Below the pieces are notes generated by a model, which was not told where the DNA came from, searched no databases, and saw nothing but the letters and a program-made list of their open reading frames with translations. A stretch of 64,000 nt of DNA from Octopus sinensis (taxonomy: Eukaryota): contig NC_042998.1 in NCBI RefSeq assembly GCF_006345805.1, positions 10,602,001 through 10,666,000 on the forward strand, given 5' to 3'. Of this stretch, positions 1 to 12,386 are shown piece after piece. How positions within the stretch are numbered: position 1 is the first letter of the stretch; every line of letters starts with the position of its first letter. The position numbers and the translations under genes were made by a program.

Positions 1-3000
1 ACCGCCATCCACCACTATTATCCCACTACACATGCCATTAAAAAGCAATCAAATAAACAAATCACCAAAACAATTAAAACCATCCACTCTCGCCTCAACA
101 TTTCTGCTTAATGCCCAAGCATCAGCCCTTCCACCAATACACAAAAATGGAAGATAAGATTCCTGGAGGACTGGGTCGAGGCCCATCCAAACCACATCCC
201 TTTCTTCGTCCTCACTGAAACCCATCTTAGTGACCTCCACTTGGAAGCCGAGGTGAAAGTTAAAAATTTCAAAACCATTCGTGCTGATCGTGTTGGCAGA
301 AGAAAGGGTGGGACTGCCATTTATGTCCATGATTCATTCTCAACAGAAGCCATGAACATATTTTCGAATGGATACTGCGAAGCAGTTGCTGTATTCAGTC
401 AACCAACAACTTAACAGTAGTTGGGCTCTACAGACCACCCCAAACGCCCCTACCATGCTTCAAGGATGCCTCAACAGCATAAAGTGTTTCATTCAGCAGT
501 GTCAACCTGACAACATTTTAATGATGGAGATTTCAACCTTCCCGGGGTTGACTGGTCTACAAACAGTCTGCCGCCAGGTTCTTCTCTCTCAACCCCTGAC
601 AGGGAGGCAGTGGAATCGCTTCTTGACTTCATGGATGACTTCTTCTTGTCCCAACTGGTACTCGAACCAACGAGATGTCACAAAACGTCTTAGACTTAAT
701 TTTCAGCAATCACACTGATACTATCCACAATATTGCAGTGGAGAAAACCCTACTCTCCGACCATGACATGGTTCTCTGTGATCCGAGATTTCACTGGCCA
801 AAATGCAAAACAAATGTCATCCCTCCTGCTCATCCATTTGACACTATGGATTTCCACAATGCAAACTGGGAAGCGATCAATAATGATCTTGCACAAGTCG
901 ATTGGTCCTTCACGCACACTAACACACCCACTAACATCAAAAAGTCCTGGCAGTCACTTGTAGACACCATCACGAACATATGTGCAAGACACACCCCATT
1001 AAGATCTGCAAACAAATCTAAGTGTCGAATCCCTAGAAATAGAAAATCTCTCATAAGGAAAATTAAAAGAATCAACAAAAAGATCAACATGCTGAAATAC
1101 TGTCAACAGCAACACACAACCTGACTGCCATCTCGTCGCTAGAGATTAAAAAACATAAACTCCAAAACAACATGATGTCTATCATCAATAGTCAGCGAAG
1201 AGCTGAAGAGGCCTGGGCCATTGAGAAGATCAAACTCAATCCCAAAGTGTTTTTTTTCATTTGCAAAAAACACAGAGTCACTGGTTCTACTGTTGGCCCT
1301 CTGATTGATGAAAATGGTACTCTTCAAGACAATGCCAAAACCATGGGAGAAATATTGCAGAAACAATATTGCTCTTGTTTCAGCAATCCTGATATGACTG
1401 ATCTGGGCTGTATCAGTGATGTTACTCCCCAATACACTTTATCGGACATAACATTTGGCGCTCCTGATGTCTTAGCAGCAATAAAGGAAATGAAGCATAA
1501 TTCAGCAGTAGGTCCCGATAGGTCCCCTGCTTTGTCTTGAAGATGTGTCAAAACCAACTTGCACCCCCTCTAGCCAATCTGTAGCGGAACTCATTGGATG
1601 CTGGATATATACCAGAAGACCTTCTATCCCAGTCTGTTGTCCCAGTTTTCAAAAAAGGAAACAAATCGCTTGCCGTGAATTACCGTCCAATCTCACTCAC
1701 CTCTCATATCATCAAGGTATTTGAGAGGGTGCTGAGATCGCGTATGACTCACTTCCTTGAGAGTCATAATATGCTGAACCCCAACCAGCATGGATTCCGT
1801 AATGGGAGAGATTGCCTGACGCAGCTACTGCATCATTTTGATGACATTTTGAGAGCCTTGGGAGAGGGTTCCAACACTGATGTCATCTACCTTGATTTCA
1901 GCAAGGCCTTTGACAGGGTTGATCATAAGATCCTTCTGAGAAAGCTGTCCAATATTGGTGTCACTGGAAAGCTGCTGCAATGGATCAAGTGCTTCCTCTC
2001 TAACAGAACCCAACATGTTGTAGTCGAAGGAGTCAAATCCAGCCCAGCCAAAGTCAGCAGTGGTGTCCCACAAGGCACTGTGTTGGGCCCACTTCTCTTC
2101 ATCATCTACATAAATGATATTACTGACACCATCAACACAGCAACATCAGAACCTTCGCTGATGATTCCAAGCTCCAGAAGGTCATCAATGGCGTGGATGA
2201 CCGAATAAACCTTCATCAGACCTACTGGCTGTTGTCCAATGGGCGGAAAAGAATAACATGTTGCTAAATGAAGACAAATTCGAACTGATCCACTTTGGAA
2301 GGGAGGACGCTCTGAAACTCTCATACTCTCTTCCTTCTGGAGAAATTCTCATGGCATCCAACAACATCAGAGACCTGGGAGTAACAGTGGACAACAACAT
2401 AAGCTGGGCTACACATATAAGCAGCAAAGTTGACATGGCCCGCAGAATGTGTTCCTGGATTCTCAGAACCTTCCAGTCGAGAGATTCCCACGCTATTATC
2501 CTTCTCTTCTCCACTTTTGCCCGACCCCACCTTGAATACTGCTGTCCACTGTGGTCTCCCTACACAAAACAAAATATTATGAGAATTGAAGCTCCCCAAA
2601 GGTCAATCACAAAAAAGATAGATGGCATGTCAGACCTTGACTACTGGGGTAGACTAGAGAAGCTGAAATTGTATTCACTCCAACGACGCCGTGAACGCTA
2701 CATTATCTGTATGATGTGGAAAATATTCCATCAGCACTGTCCGAATGATGTTGGCATCACCTCAAAATGCATCCAAGGCTTGGACCACGTGCCATCCGTC
2801 CACAACAAAAATCTAAATCGCATCACATAACGACAATACGGCACAACTATTTCACCTCAATTGGACCCGCTCTCTTCAACATTACACCAGGACACGTCAA
2901 AAAAGAAACTGACCACACAAAATTCAAGAAGTCTTTGGACAAATTCCTTCAAACAGTACCGGACAAACCACCCACACCCGGATATGTCTCTGCAAACAAT

Positions 3001-3128
3001 AACTCTCTGCTCGAATGGGCCTTGGTGCCCAAATCCTGAACTGAAAGACTTCGCCAGGTGGTGCTATTAAGTTAGACATGGCCTGGGCCAATACTGGCCA
3101 AAAACCTTTCTAAGTTATTCTAAGTTAT
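1..3128 (+). mobile_element. CR1/L2-group LINE, near-complete frameshifted ORF2 (APE endonuclease + reverse transcriptase) with 3' UTR and short tandem tail
   Basis: APE motifs (VLTETHL, RKGGTAIYV, LDLIFSN, LSDHDMV); RT motifs YRPISLTSHIIKVFE, DFSKAFDRVDH, GVPQGTVLGPLLFIIYIND and FADD (about 2153-2164); C-terminal LYSLQRRRERY; tail (TTCTAAGTTA)2 at about 3109-3128. Confidence 0.93.
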
Positions 3129-3134
3129 ATATAA

Positions 3135-3300
3135 ATATATGTATTTATATATATATTGGCGTTAGGAAGGGCATCCAGCTGTAGAAACACTGCCAGATCT
3201 GACTGGCCTGGTGCAGCCTTCGGGCTTGCCAGACCCCAGTTGAACCGTCCAACCCATGCTAGCATGGAAAGCGGACGTTAAACGATGATGATGATGATGA
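3135..3300 (+). mobile_element. SINE/RTE-type 3' end with (GAT)n tail
   Basis: aaccgtccaacccatgctagcatggaaagcggacgttaaacgatgatg; diverged sister copy at 6932-7060. Confidence 0.7.
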
Positions 3301-3905
3301 TATAAATATATGTATTTATATATATATACATATATATATATACACGCCTACATACATACATATACACACACATATTTGAGAGTATTGAAGTTTGCGTGAA
3401 GTATTGTGTCTTGTTTATAAAATATATAGTGTGTCTTGAATGGTACAAGAATGGATTAAGAAGGAATTTTATATTCTGAAATGTTATACCAGACTTTGGA
3501 TGATTAAATTACAACAGTTATTAATTATAGTGCATTGTTGTGCCCTTCAAGACACATTGTATTGTACAAACAATATACAATGATTGAAGTGAACTACAAT
3601 ACTCTCCTATCTTGATGCCTGAGCCAGGACAAATTTGCAACTGCTACAGAGTTGATCAAGTTATGAGAGAGGCCAAATAAAGTTTCGTAAACACTGCCTA
3701 AAAAACAACATAATTCACAACACCATCAGGAACAGGCATCTCAATTCCTAGGGAGTTTATCTGAAGAAGGAATTTTTATATTCTGAAGTATTATATCAGA
3801 CAATGGATGATTGAATTATTACAGTTCTTATAGAGCATTGTTGTTATTATAGAGCATTGTCGTGCCATTAAGACACATTACATTTTACACACACACACAC
3901 ACACG

Positions 3906-3965
<60 letters not shown>

Positions 3966-4171
3966 ACATATATATATATATATACATATATTCGAGACAC
4001 ATTACATTTTACACACACACACACACGTATATATATATACATATATATATATACATATATATATACACACACACACATACACATATATATAAACACGTAT
4101 ATCATTTTTCTTTTATCAAGTGTCATCTCACAAGCTGTGGCCATGCTGGGGTACCGCCATTTATTGTATGA

Positions 4172-4210
<39 letters not shown>

Positions 4211-4499
4211 TATATATATATTTATTTATTTCATTGCTTTTTCTAGCAGATTGTGCAACCATATAGAGAGACTGTCATTAGCTTGTGTGTTCTTTGTAAT
4301 TTATTATGGAGGACAGTGACAACTGTGATACTCGATGACAAATCTAATGTATTGTTTGTATATTACTGTTATTATTCTTTCTTGTTGGATAAATATATCA
4401 TTTTGCTTTGCTTACTGCCATCATCATTTCAATACCACACTCCAATGACTATTTTGACATGGTTTTCATGGCTGGATGCACTTTCTAATGTCAACTACC

Positions 4500-6480
4500 T
4501 CATAAATACAAAGATCTTCCCTGGTGAAGAATGTAGCCCCCAGCATAGACTTTAGGCCAGAAGGATGCCAACAAGCAGACCAATCTGGAAAAGAATGATC
4601 TGGAAGCTTAAGGACCCTTTGTATGGGTAGAGATTTAGGGACACCCTAATTGAGAAATTTGACAGAGGAAGAACTACAGACCAGTAACATAGTGGGCAAC
4701 TGGGAATTCCTGTAGGACAGCTTGCTGAGTGTCACAGACCAAATCTATGGCTAGTGTAAAGTCTCATCCAGACCAAGGGTGATGTGGTAGTAGAATCATG
4801 CTGCAGAGAACTGTATAAGATAGCCAGAAGTCGAAGCTAGGAGACAGATATATCTAGCCAGAGAAGAAGCAGGAAAGAAGTTTGCTTATGTTCTGGTGAG
4901 GACCAGAGACTTGAAGTGTTTTGGACTGTGAGAAAAAATCATGATATAGGAAAGAAATGTGTCCACCATGCCAAAATAGTAATTGGGGATGATGGTGCAC
5001 TTGCATTTAATGATTCTGCAAAGAGGCTTAGAAACGCCATTATGAAAGGCTGCTAATCGTGGAGAACGAATGGGAGAAGTCCACCAAATGTTGACCTAAC
5101 TGGGGGATCAACTATCTGAATCAACAGTAGCTTAGTATTGGGTTTTCCGGAAAGTTTGTGCCGCATTTTAAAGGAAAGAAAATGGTTAATAAATATTTGC
5201 CATTATATTTTTAATCAACCAAATATGAACCATTTTGTTGCACAATGTCTCTCCATCTTTCCTTTAACTTGAAAATACCCTCTTCCCAGAATTGAGGTGA
5301 TTTCATGGCAAAGAATTCATCAAGATATCTTTTTACGTCATCCTAGAAATTGAAATTTTTACCATTAAGACTATTCCGCAGAGACCTGAATAAGTGGAAA
5401 TCCAAAGGAGCAATATCTGGTGAATATTGAGGGTGGGGTAACACATCCCAGCCAAGATGCAGCAATTTTTGTCTGGTTCCCAAAGCATCAAGTGCCAAAA
5501 ATGAACTTTCTTATCTTCCATTTTAAAGGGTTACAGAATTAACACAGGTTATAGGAACATAAATCTTCTTCTGCGAAAAGATAGCTTAAACTGTGCTCTA
5601 AGTGGAGGTGTAGTAAAATCCTATTTTATGGACTCAACCATGTTCTAAAATAAGTCGAAAGGTAAGCTACTTTAAATCGGCACAAACATTCTGGACAACC
5701 CAATAGATAAGCAATTAAGGATATGAAGACAGGGAAAGCCCCCAGCCCATCAGGAATCACCACTGAGATGCTTAAAATATCTGGCAGAGTCATCTGTATA
5801 ATTAATCAGGTTATCCATGAAGTTTAGAGACATTCTGATTAAAACATATGATGAGAAAGAGGAGGTTGTGACGTATAATAAAGGAGTTTGTGATATGGGC
5901 TCTGAGAAAGTTAGGGGTTGATGAGTGGCTTGTGAAAGCTGTACAAGCCATGTACAGAGGTTCTGTCAGGGTGCGAGTTAACCATGAGTAAACAGATGAA
6001 TTTAGTGTACAGGTAGGAGTTCACCTGGGTTTGGTTTTCAATCTCCTCCCATTCATCATTGTCCTCCAGGCCATAACAGAGGAATTCAAGATTGGCTACC
6101 CCTGGGAACTGTTATATGCTGACGATCTTGCTCTTATAGCAAATTATGTAACAAAACTAGAAAAGAAATTCCAGTTGTGGAAGCAAAACTCGGAATCAAA
6201 AGTCCTTATGGTTCAAGAAAATGGAAAGAACCTTTCCCCCATCAGGTAAATGACCTTCATTAATATGCAAAAAAGGTGTAGGTAGGAATTCCATATGGTA
6301 CCCAGTGCAAGATATGGACACACAAGAGGTGTAGTGGAATAATAGGAAGGTTATCAGAGAAAGTAGAGTTTGTATGTGGAAGATGTGTATGCCTTAACAA
6401 TTACAAATATCTGGGAACTCAATTTTCTCAAATGCCCTGAAGGCTCCTTAGAGGTAGTGGATAATTTCCTTCAATACTTC
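4500..6480 (+). mobile_element. Highly decayed RTE-clade LINE, interrupted by a mariner insertion
   Basis: KIFPGEECSPQHRL, DKAIKDMKTGKAP.PSGIT, WELLYADDLALIA (YADD 6115-6126); many stops and indels. Confidence 0.82.
5138..5703 (-). mobile_element. Internally deleted mariner element
   Basis: About 26-bp TIRs (TTGGGTTTTCCGGAAAGTTTGTGCCG / CGGCACAAACATTCTGGACAACCCAA); TA TSD at 5136-37 and 5704-05; minus-strand LGWDVLPHPQYSPDIAPLDFHLF, the mariner YSPDLAP motif. Confidence 0.92.
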
Positions 6481-6512
6481 TGCCTTCAATACTTTGTCCC
6501 ATGTCTTCCTGG

Positions 6513-6931
6513 GGATCTTTGCGGTTTGACCGGCAGTTTTTTTAAAATAATTTCCACGTAACTAAACACTTTTAAACTTCGTATACTGGTAGAATGTGTT
6601 TATAAAACATCTTTTTCTCTTGGCTTTGTTGAGAAAATTCTATAGTTTGTAAGATATTTGTTGCTTTTTTTCTTCAATTTCTGCAATTTAAACCAATCAA
6701 TGACGTCTATTGAGGTAAAAAAACATTCTGTGCCGTATGAATATGTTCCTCGTTTAAGAAACAGATTGGGTTTATTTACATTTGTGAAGAAAAAAAGATA
6801 CCCTTCCCCCCACCCTAACCCTAACCCTAAAACAGATTGAAATGCAATAGATCGATACTAGGGTCATAATTATGGGTGGCAATTTCATATGACACCGCTA
6901 GAAAAAACTGCCATTCAAACCGAAAAGATCC
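6513..6931. mobile_element. MITE with about 30-bp TIRs and an internal (CCCTAA)3
   Basis: GGATCTTTGCGGTTTGACCGGCAGTTTTTT at the left; inverted AAAAAACTGCCATTCAAACCGAAAAGATCC at the right; telomere-type hexamers at 6813-6830. Confidence 0.8.
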
Positions 6932-7274
6932 GGCCATCCAACTGTAAAAACCAGGCCAGAACAGACGACGGAACCTGGTGCGGCCTCTGGGCCTACCAGC
7001 TCCAGTCAAAGCGTCCAACCCATGCTAGCATGGAAAACGGATGTTGAATGATGTTGATGTTCCCATTAATTGTATTGATTGAACAATTTTCCTATTAATG
7101 TAACTGATAATTTTTCAGTACATAAAGAAGCCTTCTTCCCTTACGCGATGGAATAAAGGTGGTAATATAAACGAAATCCCCGAAACTAAAGTTGTTTGTT
7201 TTTACACGACAAACACACAGACACACATGCGATACTACAACCTAAAGGAACCACTTTTTGCCTCTCGTTATTTC

Positions 7275-9232
7275 GGTTAATATAGGGCGTAACAAATATC
7301 AGAAAATCAAAAAAAAAATGTGTGTAATAGGTGTAAAACAACTTCCTATGAACGAATATGAAAAAAAAAATTCGCGCACGCGAAAGGGGGGTGGGGGAGA
7401 TGCCTCGGAAAATTCACATCGGGAAGTTCCGAAAGCGTCTGAGGAGCTGACCCGGGCACCAAAACAAAAAAAAAATAGTGTAATATGTGTAAAACAACTT
7501 GCTCTAAACGAATATGACAAAAAAAAATGCGCTCTCGCGAAAGAGGGGTGGGGGAGAGGCCTCGGAATATTTATATCGGGAATTTCCGAAAGCGTCTGAA
7601 CCGGGCACAAAAACAAAAACAAAAACAGCGTAATAGGTGTAAAACAACTTGCTCTAAACGACTATCATGAAAAAAATGCGCGCTCGCGAAGGGGGGTGGG
7701 GGAGAGGCTTCGGAAATTTCACATCTTCAGTCCACGGCCTTTAAACTAAGAAAAAATAGTGTAATTGGTGTAAAACTACTTGTTCTAAACGAGTATCAAG
7801 AACACACACTCACACCTGAATCATAAACTCCGTATTTCGCAAAAAAAAAAATAAAGAGAAGAAATTCTGGAAAAAGTGAAGAAATGTTGGATCTCATTCC
7901 TTGGTTAAAGCTATTTTAAACATTAAATTTATGCTTTTCTTTGAAATAGTTCAGATATATGCAATTCTTCTCACTTAAGATGCATTTATCAGAAAAAAAG
8001 AGACAGAAAAAATTATTATTTTGTGTCAATCCTTCCCTAATTATCCTTTATTAATTAGTTTTGGCGTGTATTTTTTTCCCAAATTTATTTTTTCACCTTT
8101 ACAACACTGTTTAGTAAAGCAATTAATTATCTTTATAATTTGCATATTTGACTTATTAATCAAAATTCTCTAGATGTAATATATACTAAGTAATGCATCC
8201 TTCATTTATGTGTTCCGTTTTGTATTATGCATGCGTGACTGTTTGTATGTAAGTGTGTTTAACTGTGCACATGAATGTGAATATTAAAGAACATATTTAT
8301 TTACTATGATTGTTATTTTCAGAACAAATAAATCTTTTGGCTGTTATGTTATTGATGTTATTATTATTGCTAGTTAAAGGGTGGTGACTTGGCTGAATAT
8401 TTTGAGTCTTGTAGTATGTAGTTGTGTTAGTCAATATTCTGAGTTCAAATCCAACTCATTTCTTTATCATCATTATCGATGGACCACTCAAAGAGGTATG
8501 TATACATTATCATTTTCGTAACATAATTTCTGTAGTATTTCAAGATGTTTCTGACACGTATTTTGATTCACATGGCGGAGATCCAACATTTCTTCACTTT
8601 TTCCAGAATTTCTTCTCTTTATTTTTTTTTTTGCGAAATACGGAGTTTATGATTCAGGTGTGAGTGTGTGTTCTTGATACTCGTTTAGAACAAGTAGTTT
8701 TACACCAATTACACTATTTTTTCTTAGTTTAAAGGCCGTGGACTGAAGATGTGAAATTTCCGAAGCCTCTCCCCCACCCCCCTTTCGCGAGCGCGCATTT
8801 TTTTCATGATAGTCGTTTAGAGCAAGTTGTTTTACACCTATTACGCTGTTTTTGTTTTTGTTTTTGTGCCCGGTTCAGACGCTTTCGGAAATTCCCGATA
8901 TAAATATTCCGAGGCCTCTCCCCCACCCCTCTTTCGCGAGAGCGCATTTTTTTTGTCATATTCGTTTAGAGCAAGTTGTTTTACACATATTACACTATTT
9001 TTTTTTTGTTTTGGTGCCCGGGTCAGCTCCTCAGACGCTTTCGGAACTTCCCGATGTGAATTTTCCGAGGCATCTCCCCCACCCCCCTTTCGCGTGCGCG
9101 AATTTTTTTTTTCATATTCGTTCATAGGAAGTTGTTTTACACCTATTACACACATTTTTTTTTGATTTTCTGATATTTGTTACGCCCTATATTAACCGTT
9201 ATGGTTGATATTTGTTACGCCCTATATTAACC
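7275..9232. mobile_element. Foldback-type DNA element with about 620-bp modular TIRs and 8-bp TSD
   Basis: Arm 7275-7895 is the near-perfect reverse complement of 8578-9197; TSD GTTATTTC at 7267-7274 and 9233-9240; internal subrepeats in each arm; non-coding AT-rich spacer. Confidence 0.9.
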
Positions 9233-10169
9233 GTTATTTCTGCTTAAATATGTAGCAGTTAACACTTGTCAAAAATGCTTTCTGTCTGTCAGCTGTAAAC
9301 GTGCAGATAAGAGAGATCTTGCTTGACTAGCAACTGATATGAGCCAAACGTCCTTGAAATTTATTAAAGGACAAATGGAGGAAAGGTAAACAAAAGACAG
9401 GATTGTCAAAGCTTGAATGTCTTTAAGGTAAACAGATGGAATAAAAGCATGTACGTGTGTAATATTGATAAATATTGATAGATAAGTGGATAAAAGTATC
9501 AGAGAGAGAGATGTAATTTTACAAAGTGAAAAACAAGAGAACAAAAACAGACGTACGTAGAATTTCCTCCGCATTTTGTTACGATTTGAATTTCATTGAT
9601 CCCTTAGTCGGCAACTGCGTAAACAGTTAAATAGCTACAAGAGAAATAAATATTTATATATACAGAAAAGATCCCATATGTGAGCAGAGGGAAGGAGAGA
9701 GAATTCATGCAGAGCTGTGACAGCGGTTATATCATTATGATTTACGGCAAAGCGAAAGTTATAAATCGCAGAGAGAATGAAATAAAATAAGATTTGAATA
9801 ATTATTTTGGAAATAAATATTGGTATCGTAATTATTGGCGGCGGTAAATCTGATGAGGGTAATCCGTGGCGTTGCTATTGCAGGTATCAGGTGCGCCCGT
9901 GGTAATGCAGCGAGTGTTGAACTTTGTGGTCCGCAACCAAGTGAGACACTCGGTGTTAAATTATGTTTTTTTTTGGGGTTTTTTTTCCATTCTGGGATTT
10001 GGATTTTAATGTGGTTTTCTATATATAATAATTTTTCAGAAGATAAAAAATTATCATTATGTTGTTGGAGGGATTATTATTATTATTATTATTATTATTT
10101 TGATCAGATTTCGAAAAGACAATTAAGCAATTGTCAGTACTTCCGTAATAACCCTTTTCATTAACCACA

Positions 10170-10360
10170 CTTTCTACCGAAGGCACAAGGCCCGGAATTT
10201 GTAGGCAGGGGACTACTTGATTAATCGACCCCGGTGTTTCACAGGTACTTAATTTATCGAATCCGGAAGGGTGAAAGGCAAAGTCGATTTCGGCCGAATT
10301 AGAACCCGGAACGTAGCGACGGACGAAATACCGGTGAGGCATTTCGTGCCAACTCGCTTC
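10170..10360 (-). mobile_element. tRNA-derived SINE family A (decayed)
   Basis: Reverse complement of the gttctgagttcaaattccgccgaggtcgactttgcctttcatcc core seen in other copies. Confidence 0.75.
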
Positions 10361-10922
10361 CATAATAACACAATTAAGAGAGATTCGAATAAGAATAATG
10401 CAAGATATAGAATAGCAGGAGTTACTTACGTACGAAATCTTTATTGATCATATTTTTATATGGATCTGATACATATATAATACAAAAACCGCATTAAAAT
10501 ACGAATCGCAAGCCGAAGAAAACACAAACATGAGCGAAGAAAGAAAGAAAAAAGAAGAAAACAAAGGAAAAAGGGGAAGAAAGAAAAAGGAAAACAAAGG
10601 AAAAAGGTGAAGAAAAAGAAACAAAGAAAACATCAACTCAACACGAAGTACCTTAATTGCTCGCGCACGACATGGTTCAACGGAATTACTTGGTTAAAAT
10701 CTGATGAAAGTAATTAATAATAACGGTTAATCCGTTAGATGAAGCCAAATTTAACAAACCGGATTGACAGAATTATTCAGCGAGGTTTGCCGTAAGCGCC
10801 AGCAGCAGCAGCAGGGTGTTGTGTAAAATGTACTACTATCTCTGCCTATCGCAGAAAGGTTAGTGGCGGTAGGGATGGTTTTAAGCCAATTTAGAATTGC
10901 ACATTTTAAAGTTTAGTTTCGT

Positions 10923-10925
<3 letters not shown>

Positions 10926-10997
<72 letters not shown>

Positions 10998-11080
10998 GGG
11001 AGAGAAAAAGATAGGTAGAGAGAAAAAGAGAGAGAGAGAGAAGGAGGGAGAGAAGAGAAGAGAGAGACAGAAAGAGAACA
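10926..11080. repeat. (AG)n microsatellite and purine-rich tract
   Basis: Direct reading. Confidence 0.95.
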
Positions 11081-11173
11081 CGCACTGTTTAGTCTTCAGA
11101 TTTGATAATCAGTGGATCTTTTGTGTTGCTCTCAGTTTTCCTTTTACATATAACACTTTCCATTGTAGGTGTA

Positions 11174-11406
11174 GCGTGAAGGCGCATGGTTCAGTGGTTA
11201 GATTGCTCTAGTTCACTCACTAGTTCATCACCGAGCTGTATCGGCCCCTTTGCCTTTCTCTTGGATAACACTGGTGACGTGGAGAGGGGAGGCCGGTATC
11301 CATGGGCGACTGCTGGTCTTCCATAAACAACCTTGCCCGGACTTGTGCCTGGGAGGGTAACTTTCTAGGTGCAATGCCATGGTCAGTCATGACCAAAGGG
11401 GGTCTC
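11174..11406 (+). mobile_element. tRNA-derived SINE family D (decayed)
   Basis: ggcgcatggttcagtggttag A-box-like head; body ends ccatggtcagtcatgaccaaagggggtc. Confidence 0.55.
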
Positions 11407-11717
11407 AGCAATAGGTGTTGTGGCTTCATGCAGGCATAGCGTGGATTCGATCCTCGATCGCCAAACAGCACTTTTCTCACGGTAAAACAATAGTTTCTCT
11501 GTTAGTGACAACATCGCTAAGCAGAATTATGTCTTTGCCACTTTACCTCTTTTAGGGCACCAAAAAACTAGAATAGAGTTGACCGCCAACGAAATCTATT
11601 GTTCTCAACAAAACCAGCCAGGTTGGTTTTGGATAGTTATAAAAACAAGAGTGGGAGTGCGGGTTTATCAATGTTGTGCCTATGAGGTTGGTATTGTTGT
11701 TGCTTGCTTGCAGGGGT

Positions 11718-11924
11718 TACTTTTTTACTCTTTACTCTTTTACTTGTTTTAGTCATTTGACTGTGGCCACGCTGGAGCACCGCCTTTAGTCGAGCAAATC
11801 GACCCCAGGACTTATTCTTTGTAAGCCTAGTACTTATTCTATAGGTCTCTTTTGCCGAACCGCTAAGTTACGGGGACGTAAACACACCAGCATCGGTTGT
11901 CAAGCGATGTTGGGGGAACAAACA

Positions 11925-11993
<69 letters not shown>

Positions 11994-12178
11994 CTATATA
12001 CATATACATATATACGACAAGCTTCATTCAGTTTCCGTCTACCAAATCCACTCACAGGGCTTTGGTTGGCCCGAGACTATAGTAGAAGACAATTGCCCAA
12101 GGTGCCACGCAGTGGGACTGAACCCGGAACCATGTGGTTCGTAAGCAAGCTACTTACCACACAGCCACTCATACGCCT
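11718..12178 (-). mobile_element. Bipartite SINE family B (tRNA head, central CA/TA microsatellite, AAAGAGT tail)
   Basis: Matches the + strand copies at 21646-22141 and 63290-63750. Confidence 0.9.
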
Positions 12179-12386
12179 AAATTGTTAATTTAGTTAATTT
12201 GTTAATTTTTTTTATTGCGGTTTCCCGTGGGGGATGCGTTGTTGAACTGTTTTTGTAGTAATTTATTCTTGAAGTTGTTGTCCTCCCCCACGGGGAAGGG
12301 ATTTGTCTGTTTTTGTTTGCTTTGTGTGGACTGTGTTTCATTTTGGAGCGTACTTTGTTGTCATTTTTTGTGAAGTTTTGTGAGGA

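Noticed and set aside
9846-9960. CTGATGAGGG motif and GC-richer island
   Set aside because: No GAAA or stem III follows; the ORF 9835-10164 has no recognisable homology
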